Source of the DNA: Candidatus Binatia bacterium
Lineage (GTDB): Bacteria > Desulfobacterota > Binatia > HRBIN30
Length of the DNA stretch: 64,000 nucleotides
Direction: 5' to 3'
NCBI GenBank assembly: GCA_038245295.1
Contig: JBBRSP010000009.1
Span: 64,001-128,000 of the forward strand
A program made the translations under genes and the position numbers. The number at the start of each line of letters is the position of its first letter. Position 1 is the stretch's first letter. Below are positions 9,311 through 20,325 of this stretch, piece after piece. The notes under the pieces were generated by a model, which was not told the DNA's origin, searched no databases, and was given only the letters and a program-made list of their open reading frames with translations.

Positions 9311-10057
9311 ATGAATAAACTCCTCGTCTGCCAGCACGTTCCCTTCGAGATCCTCGGCACACTCAATCCGTTGCTGAAGAGTGCCGGGGTGCGCATCAAA
9401 TACGTGAACTTCGGACGCCACCCCGACGCCGAGCCCAGCCTCGACGGATACCAGGCGCTGGTCGTGCTTGGTGGCCCGATGTGTGTCGACGACGCCGACC
9501 GCTATCCTCACTTGCTTACCGAGGTGCGCTTGATCCAGAACGCCGTCGAACGCGGCCTACCCGTGCTCGGCATCTGCCTCGGTGCGCAACTCATCGCCAA
9601 GGCCCTGGGCGCCAAGGTGGCGACCCATCACACGAAGGAGATCGGCTGGTACGATGTGGCACCAACCACAGCCGGTCGTGGGGATCCCCTCTTGCGTCAC
9701 TTCCGCGGCCGCGAGCGCATCTTCCAGTGGCACGGCGACACGTTCGAGGTGCCGCGCGGGGCGATCCATCTGGCGGGCTCGGCTCTGTGCACGCACCAAG
9801 CGTTCCGTTACGGCACGAACGTTTACGGATTCCAGTTTCACCTCGAAGTGGACGAGGCCCTGATCGAACGCTGGATGCGACTCGCACACTACCGTCAGGA
9901 GGTCGAGGCGCTGCACGGGCCGGACATCACCGACCTCATCCGCCGCGAAACGCCGCTCTATCTGCAGCGCTCGATTCATTTGAGTGAGCTGGTGTTCGGT
10001 GAGTTCGTCGAGCTCATCGGCGCGAAAAAGAAGTATCGCATGTTGCCATCACGCTGA
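9311..10057 (+). CDS. Class I glutamine amidotransferase-like protein
   Basis: LGGPM, LGICLGAQL, QWHGD, QFHLE. Confidence 0.93.
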   Translation: MNKLLVCQHVPFEILGTLNPLLKSAGVRIKYVNFGRHPDAEPSLDGYQALVVLGGPMCVDDADRYPHLLTEVRLIQNAVERGLPVLGICLGAQLIAKALGAKVATHHTKEIGWYDVAPTTAGRGDPLLRHFRGRERIFQWHGDTFEVPRGAIHLAGSALCTHQAFRYGTNVYGFQFHLEVDEALIERWMRLAHYRQEVEALHGPDITDLIRRETPLYLQRSIHLSELVFGEFVELIGAKKKYRMLPSR

Positions 10058-10071
10058 GGAGGTGGGGCGAG

Positions 10072-12108
10072 ATGCAGCGATTGACCCGGCTGATCGTCCT
10101 CGTCGCGCTGGCGGCGGCCGCGGCACGTGCCGAAGAACATCCGGTAGAACTGGACCCCGTCGTCGTCACGGCGACACGGCTGCCGCAGTCACAGAGCGAA
10201 AGCAACGCCGCGATCAGCGTTGTCAACAAGGAGGACATCCAAGAAGGGCGCGCCACCGTTGGCCTCGAGGAATCGCTGAATCGTCTCCCGGGCGTGTTGA
10301 TCCAGAACAGCGGCAACTACGCCCAGGATGCACGCATCCAAATCCGCGGCTTCGGCACGCGCGCCGGGTTCGGAGTGCGCGAGGTCAGGGTGCTGGTGGA
10401 CGGGTTGCCGGAGACGCTACCCGATGGACAGACAGAACTCGACTCGGTCGACTTCGGAGCGATCGATCACATCGAGGTCTTGCGTGGCCCGGCATCGTCT
10501 CTCTACGGCAACGCTTCCGGTGGCGTCATCCAGCTGTTCACCGAAGATGCGCCGACCACACCGACGCTCGATGTGCGCGGGCTAGGCGGCTCCTTCGGCA
10601 TGCAGAAGTATCAGGTCAAAGGCGGGACGCGCAGCGGGCCGGCGGAGTTCTTCGTTCACGGCTCGTACTTCGAAACCAACGGTTATCGTCGTCACAGCGC
10701 CGCCACCAGCGGTGTCGTCACCGCCAAGATGAAATACAAACTGAGCGACGACACCGACTTCATGCTCCTCTTCTCGGGTGTCGACGCGCCGCGCGGGGAT
10801 GACCCGGGAGCACTGACACGTGCCGAAGCCAACGCCCATCCGCAACAGGCGAATCCGCTCAACGTGCAACTCGACGCCGGCGAGTCGGTGCGGCAGCAAC
10901 GACTCGGGGGTGTCTTGCGCACGCGTGGCAGTCTGGGTGAGCTTTCGAGCTACGCCTACATCCTGTACCGCGACTTCGAGAGTCGCCTGGCGGTGCTGCC
11001 GAGTCGCGGCGAGGGTATCGTCGCTTTCGAGCGCCTCAGTCCCGGCGCCGGGTTACGCTGGGCGATCGACCAAAACTGGTACGCGGTCCCGGTACAGTTC
11101 TTGACCGGGCTCGACGTGCAGTACCAGGACGACAATCGCCGCCGCTACGCCAACAACAACGGCGAGAAAGGCGAGCTGCGGCTGCATCAGCGCGAGCGAG
11201 TCACCAGCGTTGGGCCGTATGCACGCGTCGCCGCAACGCCAATCCGTGACGTCGAGCTCAGCATCGGCGCGCGCTACGACAGTGTACGGTTCGATGTCGC
11301 CCCGGAGACACCGATTGGTGTGCCAGGTGACTCGCAAACCCTCGATCAGTGGAGTCCCTCCGGCGGCGTGCGCTATTCATCGACACGCCTGCTCTCCTTG
11401 TTCGCCAACGTCGGAACAGCATTCCAAACGCCCACCACCACGGAGCTGGTGAGCCCGGACGGGCCGGGCTTGAATCCGAACATCGGTCCGCAGACGGCCA
11501 TCAGCTACGAAGGCGGCGTTCGTCTGGAAGGCGAGTCGCGTTGGCGCGCCGAGCTCGTCGGTTTCCTCATCGACATCAACGATGAGCTGGTGCGATTCGA
11601 GTCGACGTCGGGACGCACGGCGTTTCGTAATGCCGGGCAATCGCGACGCGGTGGGGCCGAGGTCGACGGCACAGTGGAGTTGTTGCCGGGCCTGCGTTGG
11701 ACAAGCGCCTTGAGCGTCATCGATGCGCGTTACCGAAGCTATCGAGTGGGCAAGTCCAATTTCACAGGCAACGACGAGCCCGGCATTCCGTTGTGGAGAG
11801 TGTTCAGTGAGCTTGCCTACCACCACAACAGCGGCATCTATGGAGGAGTGGAGCTGGTTGCTGCGGACAAGTACTTCGTCGACGATGCCAACAGCGCCAC
11901 GAGCCCGGGATACAAAACGGTGAACGTGCGGTTCGGCTTCGATCGTGAATTCGGCGCCTGGCGCGTATCGCCCTTCCTTGGGCTGAACAACCTCAACGAG
12001 GCGCGGTACGACGGCACGGTGCGGCTCAACGCCCTGGCAGGCCGCTTCTTCGAACCGGCGCCCGGTTTCAATCTCGTCGGCGGCCTGCAGGTCGCGGCGC
12101 ACCTTTGA
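10072..12108 (+). CDS. TonB-dependent receptor
   Basis: Signal peptide, TonB box DPVVVTATR, plug motif IEVLRGPASSLYG-ASGGVI, beta-barrel. Confidence 0.95.
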   Translation: MQRLTRLIVLVALAAAAARAEEHPVELDPVVVTATRLPQSQSESNAAISVVNKEDIQEGRATVGLEESLNRLPGVLIQNSGNYAQDARIQIRGFGTRAGFGVREVRVLVDGLPETLPDGQTELDSVDFGAIDHIEVLRGPASSLYGNASGGVIQLFTEDAPTTPTLDVRGLGGSFGMQKYQVKGGTRSGPAEFFVHGSYFETNGYRRHSAATSGVVTAKMKYKLSDDTDFMLLFSGVDAPRGDDPGALTRAEANAHPQQANPLNVQLDAGESVRQQRLGGVLRTRGSLGELSSYAYILYRDFESRLAVLPSRGEGIVAFERLSPGAGLRWAIDQNWYAVPVQFLTGLDVQYQDDNRRRYANNNGEKGELRLHQRERVTSVGPYARVAATPIRDVELSIGARYDSVRFDVAPETPIGVPGDSQTLDQWSPSGGVRYSSTRLLSLFANVGTAFQTPTTTELVSPDGPGLNPNIGPQTAISYEGGVRLEGESRWRAELVGFLIDINDELVRFESTSGRTAFRNAGQSRRGGAEVDGTVELLPGLRWTSALSVIDARYRSYRVGKSNFTGNDEPGIPLWRVFSELAYHHNSGIYGGVELVAADKYFVDDANSATSPGYKTVNVRFGFDREFGAWRVSPFLGLNNLNEARYDGTVRLNALAGRFFEPAPGFNLVGGLQVAAHL

Positions 12109-12130
12109 CACGACAACTCCAGACGCAGCA

Positions 12131-12166
12131 TCCGTGGCGGCGGCTCGCGAAACCGCCGCCTACGGA
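12131..12166 (-). repeat. GTAG-type REP-like hairpin (second sequence class)
   Basis: Minus strand TCCGTAGGCGGCGG-TTTCGCGAG-CCGCCGCCACGGA. Confidence 0.55.
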
Positions 12167-12255
12167 GGGGTCGCTCACTTCTCGCGGCGGTAGGCGTCGT
12201 CCAGGGCAAACGAGATCATTGCGTCGGTCCTGTGCGTTCGCGAGTATCGCGTCCC

Positions 12256-13068
12256 ATGGCCGGTGCCGCGAGCTCACGACGAAAAGCAACATCCAAGGTC
12301 GATCCCTTCGGGTACGACCCGGAGTTCCACGCCAGCGCCCGGCCGGTCGCCGAGTTCTTGTATCGCACTTACTGGCGCGTCGATACCGAAGGCCTCGAAC
12401 ATATCCCGGCCAAGGGACCCGCGTTGATCGTCGGCAACCACTCGGGCGGCATCCCGTTCGACGCGGCGATGATCACGGCGGCCGTCGACCTCGAGCACCC
12501 GCAGCATCGGTTGGTGCGCTACCTGTACGATAAATTCGTCGAGGGCATGCCGCTGGTCGGCGACGCTTACAAACGATTGGGCTCGGTGCCTGCGACGGTG
12601 CAGAATGCACGCTTGCTGCTGCGCCATGGTGACCTCGTCGGCATCTTCCCCGAAGGAGTCGCCGGTGTCGCGAAGGGTGTATTGCAGCGTTATCGCGTGC
12701 AGCCATTCCGTTCGAGCTTCGTGCGCCTGGCGGTTGAAGAGAACGTACCGGTGATCCCGGTCGCCGTGGTCGGTGCCGAGGAGACGTACCCGATCGTCGG
12801 CAAACTCCAGAAGCTCGGCGGGCTGACGCAGTTGCTCAACGTCCCCTATATTCCAGTGACGCCGCTGTTCCCGTTATTCGGCCTCCTCGGCGTCATCCCC
12901 TTGCCGAGTAAGTGGCACATCCGGTTCGGTGCACCGATTCACCTCGCCGATGAGGCGCCAAAGGTCGGAATGCGAAAGCTGTGGTACCGCCAAACGGCAG
13001 AGAAGCTGCGGCGGGAGCTACAGGGAACGCTCCACGAAATGCTCGCGGCTCGCGAATCGCTGTTTTGA
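12256..13068 (+). CDS. Lysophospholipid/glycerol acyltransferase (PlsC family)
   Basis: DPFGYD, NHSGGIPFD, IFPEG, VIPVAVVGAEE. Start uncertain (12232 or 12256). Confidence 0.9.
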   Translation: MAGAASSRRKATSKVDPFGYDPEFHASARPVAEFLYRTYWRVDTEGLEHIPAKGPALIVGNHSGGIPFDAAMITAAVDLEHPQHRLVRYLYDKFVEGMPLVGDAYKRLGSVPATVQNARLLLRHGDLVGIFPEGVAGVAKGVLQRYRVQPFRSSFVRLAVEENVPVIPVAVVGAEETYPIVGKLQKLGGLTQLLNVPYIPVTPLFPLFGLLGVIPLPSKWHIRFGAPIHLADEAPKVGMRKLWYRQTAEKLRRELQGTLHEMLAARESLF

Positions 13069-13131
13069 CTCTGGGATGACCGCCACCTCCGCGGCAGCCG
13101 CGCCAATGGACGGATAAACGCCTTGTCCAAT

Positions 13132-13170
13132 TAAAGAACGGGGGACGCCTCGAAAGGCGCCCCCCGTTTT
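13132..13170. terminator. Intrinsic terminator between convergent acyltransferase and rplS, probably bidirectional
   Basis: AACGGGGGACGCCT-CGAA-AGGCGCCCCCCGTT hairpin with A-rich left and T-rich right flanks. Confidence 0.8.
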
Positions 13171-13233
13171 CACATTCTGCCGCTCCGTGCGGCGGACGAT
13201 TGAGTCGAGCCGCCCTCAGGGCGGCAAACGGTC

Positions 13234-13644
13234 TTATTGCGCGGCAGCGGCTGCCGCTGCGGCGGCGGCCGCCTTGCTCTTGCGGGTTGGACGACCGATA
13301 TCGGTCTCCAATTCCTTGATGCGCGCTGCCTTACCGGACAGGTCCCGGAGGTAGTACAAACGCGCGCGGCGGACGACACCACGCGTCATCACTTCGATCT
13401 TGTCGAGGCGTGGGGAGTGGATCGGGAACGTGCGCTCGACGCCAACACCGTAGGAGATCTTGCGCACCGTAAACATGGCGCGGTTGGAACCCTTGGTGCG
13501 GCGGATGCAAACACCTTCGAAGGCCTGGATACGTTCTTTTTCGCCCTCGACCACCTTCACGTGAACCTTGACGGTATCGCCGGCTTTGAATGCAGGGACA
13601 TCCGATCGCAATTGCTCGCGTTCGATTTGATCAATAATGTTCAT
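13234..13644 (-). CDS. rplS: 50S ribosomal protein L19
   Basis: [53 protein letters not shown]. Confidence 0.98.
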   Translation of the reverse strand: MNIIDQIEREQLRSDVPAFKAGDTVKVHVKVVEGEKERIQAFEGVCIRRTKGSNRAMFTVRKISYGVGVERTFPIHSPRLDKIEVMTRGVVRRARLYYLRDLSGKAARIKELETDIGRPTRKSKAAAAAAAAAAAQ

Positions 13645-13684
13645 GGTCCACCTCAGGGCGCAGGAATTTGAAGAAGGGCCGGTG

Positions 13685-14245
13685 TTAGCGTGGTGCACAT
13701 AGACGGTCAAGGAGAATGGCCGCGGCCGAGCGAACCGAGAGGTGATTGTAATCGGTAGGGCCAACAATCGGCTCGAGAAACACGTCGGCGCGCTCGACGA
13801 CCTCGGGGGCCAGGCCCCAACCGGTACCCAGAACGAGCAGATGCGGCTCGTCCAGGGTGAGCAGATCCTGTCGCAACCGCTCGAAGGTAACGCGCTCCCC
13901 ACCCGCCTTCGCCGAGGTGATCACCAGGCGCGGCCGCATACCCGTCTCGTGCTCCAAGGCGGTAATTGTGCTGTCGAGGTCGAGCTCCAGACGCACGAGG
14001 CTCAGGGCGTCCTTGCGGGTCAGGTTGTAGGTGCTCCCGAAGCCCGACTCCCAATGCTCCATGATCTTGCGCGCCAAGGCACGCAACGCCTTGACCGGAT
14101 GCACGACGAAGAAGCGTTTGACGCCATAGGTGCGCGCCGAGCGGGCGATGTCGTGGATATCCATGTTGGTCAGAGCGGTAGTGACGATGAGCCCGTTCTT
14201 GTCGACCGTCGGGTGATGCAGCAGGGCGAGGTACAGATCAGCCAT
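13685..14245 (-). CDS. SPOUT-family SAM-dependent RNA methyltransferase (trmD-associated)
   Basis: [52 protein letters not shown]. Confidence 0.9.
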   Translation of the reverse strand: MADLYLALLHHPTVDKNGLIVTTALTNMDIHDIARSARTYGVKRFFVVHPVKALRALARKIMEHWESGFGSTYNLTRKDALSLVRLELDLDSTITALEHETGMRPRLVITSAKAGGERVTFERLRQDLLTLDEPHLLVLGTGWGLAPEVVERADVFLEPIVGPTDYNHLSVRSAAAILLDRLCAPR

Positions 14246-14972
14246 GGCGCTCCGCCTTCCACTGCGCCAGGAGCACGCGCTCGGCGTCGCTGATCTCGGC
14301 ATGCTCGAGCAGATCCGGTCGGCGCTCGGCAGTACGCCGCAGCGATTGCTCGCGACGCCAGCGGGCGATCGCCGCATGATCGCCCGACAACAGGATGTCC
14401 GGCACGGCCTGGCCCTGAAACACCGGCGGGCGCGTGTACTGCGGGTACTCGAGCAATCCATCATGAAAGGATTCGATCGCCGCCGACTGCTCGCTGCCGA
14501 GAACACCCGGGACCAGGCGGCTGACCGCATCAAGCAAGACGATGGCGGCGATCTCACCACCTGACACGACAAAATCGCCGATTGATATCTCGTCGTCGAC
14601 GTATGGCCGCACACGCTCGTCGATGCCTTCGTAGCGTCCGCACAACAAGGCGATCGCTTCGAAGCGTGACAACTCCCAGGCCAGGGTCTGCGTCAACGGT
14701 CGACCCTGCGGCGACAACATGATCTTGCGCGGTACGGGCTCGCAACCCCGCAGCGCAGCCAGTGCGGCAACGATCGGCTCCGCCTTCATCACCATGCCCT
14801 CGCCGCCGCCGTAGGGTGAGTCGTCGGTCACACGATGTTTGTCGGCGGCGTACTCGCGGATGTTGTGGAGATGGAAGTGCAGGGCGCCACGCTCCTGGCC
14901 CTTCTGCAGCATCGTCGCCGACAGAACTGACGTAAACAATTCGGGGAACAGGGTCAGAATGTGAAAGTGCAT
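14238..14972 (-). CDS. trmD: tRNA (guanosine(37)-N1)-methyltransferase
   Basis: [43 protein letters not shown]. Confidence 0.98.
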   Translation of the reverse strand: MHFHILTLFPELFTSVLSATMLQKGQERGALHFHLHNIREYAADKHRVTDDSPYGGGEGMVMKAEPIVAALAALRGCEPVPRKIMLSPQGRPLTQTLAWELSRFEAIALLCGRYEGIDERVRPYVDDEISIGDFVVSGGEIAAIVLLDAVSRLVPGVLGSEQSAAIESFHDGLLEYPQYTRPPVFQGQAVPDILLSGDHAAIARWRREQSLRRTAERRPDLLEHAEISDAERVLLAQWKAERHG

Positions 14973-15487
14973 TACTCGTCCAACAAGCCCGGAAGCGGAT
15001 GGATCGTCATGCGGCGCGCCGCAACATCGACGTCGAGCACGACCTGGGCAATCAACGGGATGAGATACTCGCGACCGCCGCCGCGGACGACGCAGACATC
15101 ACTGCTCGGTGGCGTCATCACCTCGTGTACGGTCCCCAGCGTCTCGCCGCTATCCGTCACAACCTCCATACCGATCAATTGGTAATGGTAGATTTCGTTC
15201 GGACCGATCGGCGGCAACTCCGCCTCGTGGACGCAGACTTCGTAGCCGACGAGCTTCTCGGCGTCGTTCATCGAGTTGCAACCTTGCAGGATGATCAGCA
15301 GGAACTGCTTGTGGCGCCGCAGGTCGAGCAGTTCACGCGTCTCGATCGTTTCGCCACGGCGCAGGACCACGGTCATGCCGGGTTCCAGCGTATCGGTGTC
15401 CGGATTGAAGGGCAGTAAGCGCAGTTCACCACGCGTTGCGTGAACGTTGACGATGCGCCCTAGAGGGATGAGCCGGTCTGCAGCCAT
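14972..15487 (-). CDS. rimM: Ribosome maturation factor RimM
   Basis: [32 protein letters not shown]. Canonical operon position. Confidence 0.95.
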   Translation of the reverse strand: MAADRLIPLGRIVNVHATRGELRLLPFNPDTDTLEPGMTVVLRRGETIETRELLDLRRHKQFLLIILQGCNSMNDAEKLVGYEVCVHEAELPPIGPNEIYHYQLIGMEVVTDSGETLGTVHEVMTPPSSDVCVVRGGGREYLIPLIAQVVLDVDVAARRMTIHPLPGLLDE

Positions 15488-15550
15488 TGGACCAACGGCA
15501 CGCTGAGCGGCCGGGCGACGCTTGGTTTAGCGCCGCGAGGAAGCGGCGGG

Positions 15551-15787
15551 CTACTTCTCTTCGATGATCTCGAGGACAACCTTGCGGTTGTTTCGCGACG
15601 CGGCAGCATTGAGGATCGTGCGAATCGACTTCGCCGTGCGCCCCTGCTTGCCGATGATGCGGCCGAGATCTTCCTGGGCAACCTTCAGCTCAATCACCGA
15701 CGCCGTATCGCCTTGGGTTTCCTTCACTTGTACGGCGTCGGGGTGGTTGACCAGATGTTTCGCCAGGAGCTCGACGAGTTCCTTCAT
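15551..15787 (-). CDS. khpA: KH-domain RNA-binding protein KhpA
   Basis: [20 protein letters not shown], between rpsP and rimM. Confidence 0.93.
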   Translation of the reverse strand: MKELVELLAKHLVNHPDAVQVKETQGDTASVIELKVAQEDLGRIIGKQGRTAKSIRTILNAAASRNNRKVVLEIIEEK

Positions 15788-16065
15788 GCTTGCGCCTCCG
15801 CGGGTTCAGCAGCTGCAGTGGGGGCGCTGACCACATGACGCTTGATCAACTCCGCCACGGTTTGCGACGGCAAGGCGCCCTTGCTCAACCAGTACGTGAG
15901 CTTGTCGGTCTTGAACGTAACCTTTTCCGGATCGTGATTCGGATCATATGTGCCGATCTGCTCGAGTCGACGACCGTCACGTGGTGAACGGGTGCTGGCG
16001 ACGACAATGCGGTAAATCGGGTTCTTCTTGGCGCCGTGTCGGGCCAGTCGGATGGTAGTTGCCAT
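15784..16065 (-). CDS. rpsP: 30S ribosomal protein S16
   Basis: [41 protein letters not shown]. Confidence 0.98.
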   Translation of the reverse strand: MATTIRLARHGAKKNPIYRIVVASTRSPRDGRRLEQIGTYDPNHDPEKVTFKTDKLTYWLSKGALPSQTVAELIKRHVVSAPTAAAEPAEAQA

Positions 16066-16107
16066 GGGTGAAATCTACTCCTCTCGTAACGAGTCAGCAA
16101 TCAACAA

Positions 16108-17442
16108 TCACATGGAGAAGCCACGAGGCATGCCACCACGCCCCATGAACTTGCCCATCTGCTTCATAACCTTCTTGGTCTCCTGAAACTGCTTCAGGAA
16201 ACGGTTCACTTCCGCCACACTCGTACCACTGCCGTTGGCGATTCGCTTGCGTCGGCTGCCGTTCAGGATCTGATGGTCGCGCCGCTCCTGCTTGGTCATC
16301 GAGCTGATGATGGCCTCGATGCGCTTCAGCTCACCTTCCGCATCGGCCATATCCATGCCGCGCGTCATCTTCTTCATCCCGGGGATCATCCCCATGAGCT
16401 CGCCCATCGAGCCCATCTTGCGCAGGACGCCGATCTGGTCGCGGAAGTCGTCGAGCGTGAACTCGTTCTTCTTGATCTTCTGCTGCAGGGCCAGCGCCTG
16501 CTTCGCATCAAAGGCCTTCTCGGCCTTCTCGATCAGAGTCAGCACGTCGCCCATGCCGAGGATACGGCGGGCCATACGATCGGGGTGAAACACCTCGAGC
16601 TGCTCGAGTTTTTCGCCCATACCGGCGAAAAGAATCGGGGCTCCGGTGACCGCACGCACCGACAGCGCCGCACCGCCGCGCGCATCACCATCGAGCTTGG
16701 TGAGAATCACGCCGCTGATACCGAGGCGATCGTGAAATCCCTTCGAGACATTGACCGCATCCTGGCCGGTCATCGCATCGACAACGAGAAGGATGTGGTG
16801 CGGCTGGACCGCGGCCTTGAGCCGCTCCAACTCGTCCATGAGCTTCTCGTCGATCTGCAAGCGCCCGGCGGTATCAATCAAGACAACGTCGAGGCCATGG
16901 TTCCTGGCGTAGGCAACCGCATCACGGCTGATCGCCACCGGGTCACCACCGGGTTGTGACGGGTGGATTCCGCATCCGACCTGTGCCGCCAACGTCCCCA
17001 ACTGCTCGATGGCGGCAGGACGGTAGACGTCGGCTGGAACCAGATAGGGCGTGCGCTTGCGTTCGGTCTTCAACAGCCGCGCCAGCTTGCCGACGCTGGT
17101 CGTCTTACCGGAGCCCTGCAAGCCAACCATCAGAATCACCACCGGCGGGGCCTTGGCAAGATCGAGGTCGGTGGCGCGATTGCCCATCAGCTCGATGAGC
17201 TCTTCGTCGACGATCTTTACGAATTGCTGAGCCGGCGTCAGGCTCTGTAGAACTTCTTGCCCCAACGCCTTCTGCCGCACACGATCGGTAAAATCCTTGA
17301 CGACCTGGAAGTTGACGTCGGCCTCGAGCAGCGCCAGGCGCACGTCGCGCACGGCATCCTCGACATTGCGCTCGGTAATCTTGCCGAGACCGCGCAATGT
17401 GCGGATGGTTTGGTCGAGTTTCTCGCTGAGGTTATCGAACAT
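16108..17442 (-). CDS. ffh: Signal recognition particle protein Ffh
   Basis: MFDNLSEKL, GLQGSGKTT, DTAGR, TKLDGDARGG, Met-rich M domain. Confidence 0.98.
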   Translation of the reverse strand: MFDNLSEKLDQTIRTLRGLGKITERNVEDAVRDVRLALLEADVNFQVVKDFTDRVRQKALGQEVLQSLTPAQQFVKIVDEELIELMGNRATDLDLAKAPPVVILMVGLQGSGKTTSVGKLARLLKTERKRTPYLVPADVYRPAAIEQLGTLAAQVGCGIHPSQPGGDPVAISRDAVAYARNHGLDVVLIDTAGRLQIDEKLMDELERLKAAVQPHHILLVVDAMTGQDAVNVSKGFHDRLGISGVILTKLDGDARGGAALSVRAVTGAPILFAGMGEKLEQLEVFHPDRMARRILGMGDVLTLIEKAEKAFDAKQALALQQKIKKNEFTLDDFRDQIGVLRKMGSMGELMGMIPGMKKMTRGMDMADAEGELKRIEAIISSMTKQERRDHQILNGSRRKRIANGSGTSVAEVNRFLKQFQETKKVMKQMGKFMGRGGMPRGFSM

Positions 17443-17567
17443 GGGTCGAAGGATCGTTTCGTGGGGTTCTGGGGTGTCTTTTTCGAACCCGCCAGGGGTA
17501 GAGAAACGGCCAGGGCTTGTCAACGAAGGCCGTCCCACGTATTGGCGGCCGCGGAACAGGAGATCCG

Positions 17568-18326
17568 ATGAGCGAAAAGAGATTCCAGGGCCGCGTCGCG
17601 GTCATCACCGGAGCGGGCTCAGGGCTTGGCCGCGCCACGGCACAACGCTTGGGCCAGGAGGGCGCCATCGTCGCCTGCCTCGACATCGCCGCCCAGGCGG
17701 CCGCGGAGACGGTGCAGATGTTATCGAGCGTCGGCACGAAGGCTTCCTCCTATGGCGTCGATGTTGCCGACCCGACCTCCGTGCGGGCCGCCGTGACGGC
17801 TGCCGCCAAGGACCTCGGCCGGCCGCAGTTGCTGGTCAATTGCGCCGGAATCGGCCGCTTCGCCCACACCACCGATCTGGCGTTCGAGGATTGGCAGAAA
17901 ATCATCGGCGTCAATCTGACGGGTACGTTTTTGATGTGCCAGGCCACCTTGCCCTACCTCCTGGATGGCGGCGGGGTGATCGTCAACATCGCGTCGAACG
18001 CCGGCCTGCGGGGCCAGCCGTTCAGCGCCGCCTACTGCGCCTCCAAAGGCGGGGTCGTAAATCTGACGCGGGCGCTCGCCGATGAGTTCGTCAAACGCAA
18101 CGTCCGCGTCAATTGCGTTGCCCCCGGCGGTATCGTCACACCGCTACAGGAAGTCTTCCGCAACGCGCCCGAGGGCATGGACTGGACAATGCTCGCCAAA
18201 GTGCGGTCACCCCTGGGAATGTCTCAGCCGGAAGAGATCGCCGGCGTTGTGGCGTTCGTCGCCTCCGACGAGGCGCGCTACATGACCGGCTCGATCGTCT
18301 CGATCGACGGCGGAATTACAACCTAA
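17568..18326 (+). CDS. SDR family oxidoreductase
   Basis: TGAGSGLG, NCAG, YCASK. GGAG RBS. Confidence 0.95.
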   Translation: MSEKRFQGRVAVITGAGSGLGRATAQRLGQEGAIVACLDIAAQAAAETVQMLSSVGTKASSYGVDVADPTSVRAAVTAAAKDLGRPQLLVNCAGIGRFAHTTDLAFEDWQKIIGVNLTGTFLMCQATLPYLLDGGGVIVNIASNAGLRGQPFSAAYCASKGGVVNLTRALADEFVKRNVRVNCVAPGGIVTPLQEVFRNAPEGMDWTMLAKVRSPLGMSQPEEIAGVVAFVASDEARYMTGSIVSIDGGITT

Positions 18327-18331
18327 CTAAA

Positions 18332-18383
18332 CAGGGTGCAGGGTGCGGGGGTCGGAGTGCTGGGGTCCTGCACCCTGAACCCC
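18332..18383. repeat. Heptamer-based (GGGTGCR) inverted repeat
   Basis: CAGGGTGCAGG (18332-18342) pairs with CCTGCACCCTG (18367-18377). Related copy at 35193. Confidence 0.65.
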
Positions 18384-18406
18384 AACGCGTGGAAGGAGAT
18401 CTAGTA

Positions 18407-18901
18407 GTGACCCCCAACGATCTCGTCGAACTCGAGCTCATCAAGCAGCTCAAATACAAATACATGCGCTGTCTCGACCAGAAACTGTGGGACGAGATCA
18501 GCGACTGTTTTACCGAAGATGCGCAGTGCTCCTACAGCGGCGGCAAGTATGCCTTCGCGGGGCGTGACAACATCGTCACCTTCTTCCGCCAGGCAATGGA
18601 TCGCAAATCTTTTCTATCCAGCCATCGCGTCCATCAACCCGAGATCGAACTGACGAGTGCGACCACAGCCACGGCGATCTGGGCTCTGGAAGACTATGTC
18701 GTCGATACCGAGCGCGACGTGACGATCCACGGCGCCGCGTTCTACCGCGATGAGTACGTCAAGGTTGGCGGCGCATGGAAACTGCACCGCACCGGCTACG
18801 ACCGGACGTTCGAAGAGGTGCTGCCACGCTCAGGGGCGCGACTGACGGCCAGCTTCTGGGAAACCGGCGGGCGCAGCACGCTCGAGGCGAAGAAGGGCTA
18901 A
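18407..18901 (+). CDS. NTF2/SnoaL-like protein (BaiE dehydratase-like)
   Basis: IKQLKYKYMRCLDQK-WDE, HRVHQPEI, YRDEYVK-GGAWK. AAGGAG RBS before GTG. Confidence 0.88.
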   Translation: MTPNDLVELELIKQLKYKYMRCLDQKLWDEISDCFTEDAQCSYSGGKYAFAGRDNIVTFFRQAMDRKSFLSSHRVHQPEIELTSATTATAIWALEDYVVDTERDVTIHGAAFYRDEYVKVGGAWKLHRTGYDRTFEEVLPRSGARLTASFWETGGRSTLEAKKG

Positions 18902-18963
18902 GCTGCCGTGCCCGGCGGGCGCCAGAGACGTGTCCGACACCCGCCGAATACAGCCGCCGCGCC

Positions 18964-19344
18964 TCACGCCGCACGCAATGCGGGCGGCCGGAATCGTTGC
19001 CGTGGGATCGTCGTTACGCGCATGCATTCGCGGAGCAATTGACGTCGGAGGCTATACGGATCGAATCCAAAGGCGTCGCACAGGTTCATGAAGGAGCACG
19101 GCCACTCCCAATCGGTTCGGAAGATCCAGTCCTCGGCTTCCGCGAACTCAACCCTCTGCGCGACCGTGCGCGCGTTGGAGTTGCGGCGGTAGACCTCGAT
19201 GCCATCAGACAAGACAGCCCACAGCAGCGCGCGTTCGCCCGACACTGCCGTCTGTCCACGGTTCTTGAAGTACTGAACCGGCAGCACAGCGGTAGCGCCC
19301 AATAGTTCCTGCAGCGCTGGTTCGGAATAGTCGCGGGCATCCAT
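18964..19344 (-). CDS. Hypothetical small protein, paralog A (see 45137)
   Basis: AAGGAGG RBS. Shares ordered motifs with 45137..45460. Confidence 0.85.
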   Translation of the reverse strand: MDARDYSEPALQELLGATAVLPVQYFKNRGQTAVSGERALLWAVLSDGIEVYRRNSNARTVAQRVEFAEAEDWIFRTDWEWPCSFMNLCDAFGFDPYSLRRQLLRECMRVTTIPRQRFRPPALRAA

Positions 19345-19382
19345 GAGACACGCCCTCCTTTAGTGGCGTGCCTCTTCATCGA

Positions 19383-19398
19383 TGCAATTGGTTTGCCA
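19383..19398 (-). promoter_or_regulatory. Putative sigma54 promoter of paralog A
   Basis: Minus strand TGGCAAACCAATTGCA, near-consensus -24/-12. Confidence 0.75.
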
Positions 19399-19455
19399 AC
19401 AGTAGCGCGACCCACGTACTTCTACGTCGCCCCGCTGGTTGAGTGACAAATCGCG

Positions 19456-20325
19456 TCACCGAAACAGAGGCGAACGCAACGTAAGGTCAATGCTTTGCCG
19501 GTATGCCTGAGAAAGAGAGAGGGTCTGCGGACCCGGCCTACCATCACCGATTGCGACTCCATCGATCTCGCAAAGCGGCAGAATCTCGGCGATCGACGAA
19601 GTCAGGAAGGCTTCATCGGCGTCCGCAACCTCTGCGAGTCGCACCCGGCGCTCAACCACTCGTAGCCCCTGAGCCGCCATCAGTTCGCTCACCAGGCCGC
19701 GTGTCACTCCTGGCAAGACGTCGGTGGCGGGCGGTGTGATCCAGCGTCGACCAAGGCGTACGAAGAGGTTGCTGGTGGCACCCTCCAAAACCCGGCCGGC
19801 CGCATCGACAAACAGTCCCTCCACGGCGTGGCGCTGCGCCGCGGCGCGCTTGGCCATGACGGCAGGCAGGTAACCGAGGTGTTTGTGCTCGCTGAGGCCG
19901 AGACGCGAATACGGCACGCTCACCGCCGCAACGCCGCGACCTTGCCAGCGCGGCACACGCCGATCGATCGGTGTCGCAAAAATTAGCACGGTCGCCTCCA
20001 GACGGCGCGGCGGCAGAAGCCCGCGACCGCTACCGCGCGTCACCGTGAGCCGCACGGCGAGCTCGCGTTGCGGTTGGCGCCGAATCAACTCGTGCACTAC
20101 CGTCGGCCAGTCGACCACCGGCAGGCGGATTCCCAGCACACGCGCCGATCGCTTGAGACGTTGCAGGTGCAGATCGAGCCCGAAGGGCCGCCCGTCATAA
20201 ACACGCAAGGTTTCGAAGATGCCGTCGCCGTAAAGGAACCCACGATCGAAGACGCTCAGATGCGCCGTGGCGGCACGGCAGAAGCGACCATTCAGCCAGA
20301 CCCATTCGCTCGCCAGGCCCTTCAT
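19456..20325 (-). CDS. Class IV PLP aminotransferase, probably 4-amino-4-deoxychorismate lyase (PabC-like)
   Basis: DRGFLYGDGIFETLR, EGATSNLF, LPGVTR, DEAFLTSS. Overlaps pabB by 4 bp. Confidence 0.9.
   Translation of the reverse strand: MKGLASEWVWLNGRFCRAATAHLSVFDRGFLYGDGIFETLRVYDGRPFGLDLHLQRLKRSARVLGIRLPVVDWPTVVHELIRRQPQRELAVRLTVTRGSGRGLLPPRRLEATVLIFATPIDRRVPRWQGRGVAAVSVPYSRLGLSEHKHLGYLPAVMAKRAAAQRHAVEGLFVDAAGRVLEGATSNLFVRLGRRWITPPATDVLPGVTRGLVSELMAAQGLRVVERRVRLAEVADADEAFLTSSIAEILPLCEIDGVAIGDGRPGPQTLSLSQAYRQSIDLTLRSPLFR

Noticed and set aside
13685..14245. Extra methyltransferase inside the trmD-rplS operon as a novelty
   Set aside because: This SPOUT gene beside trmD is a known arrangement in Deltaproteobacteria-related lineages.
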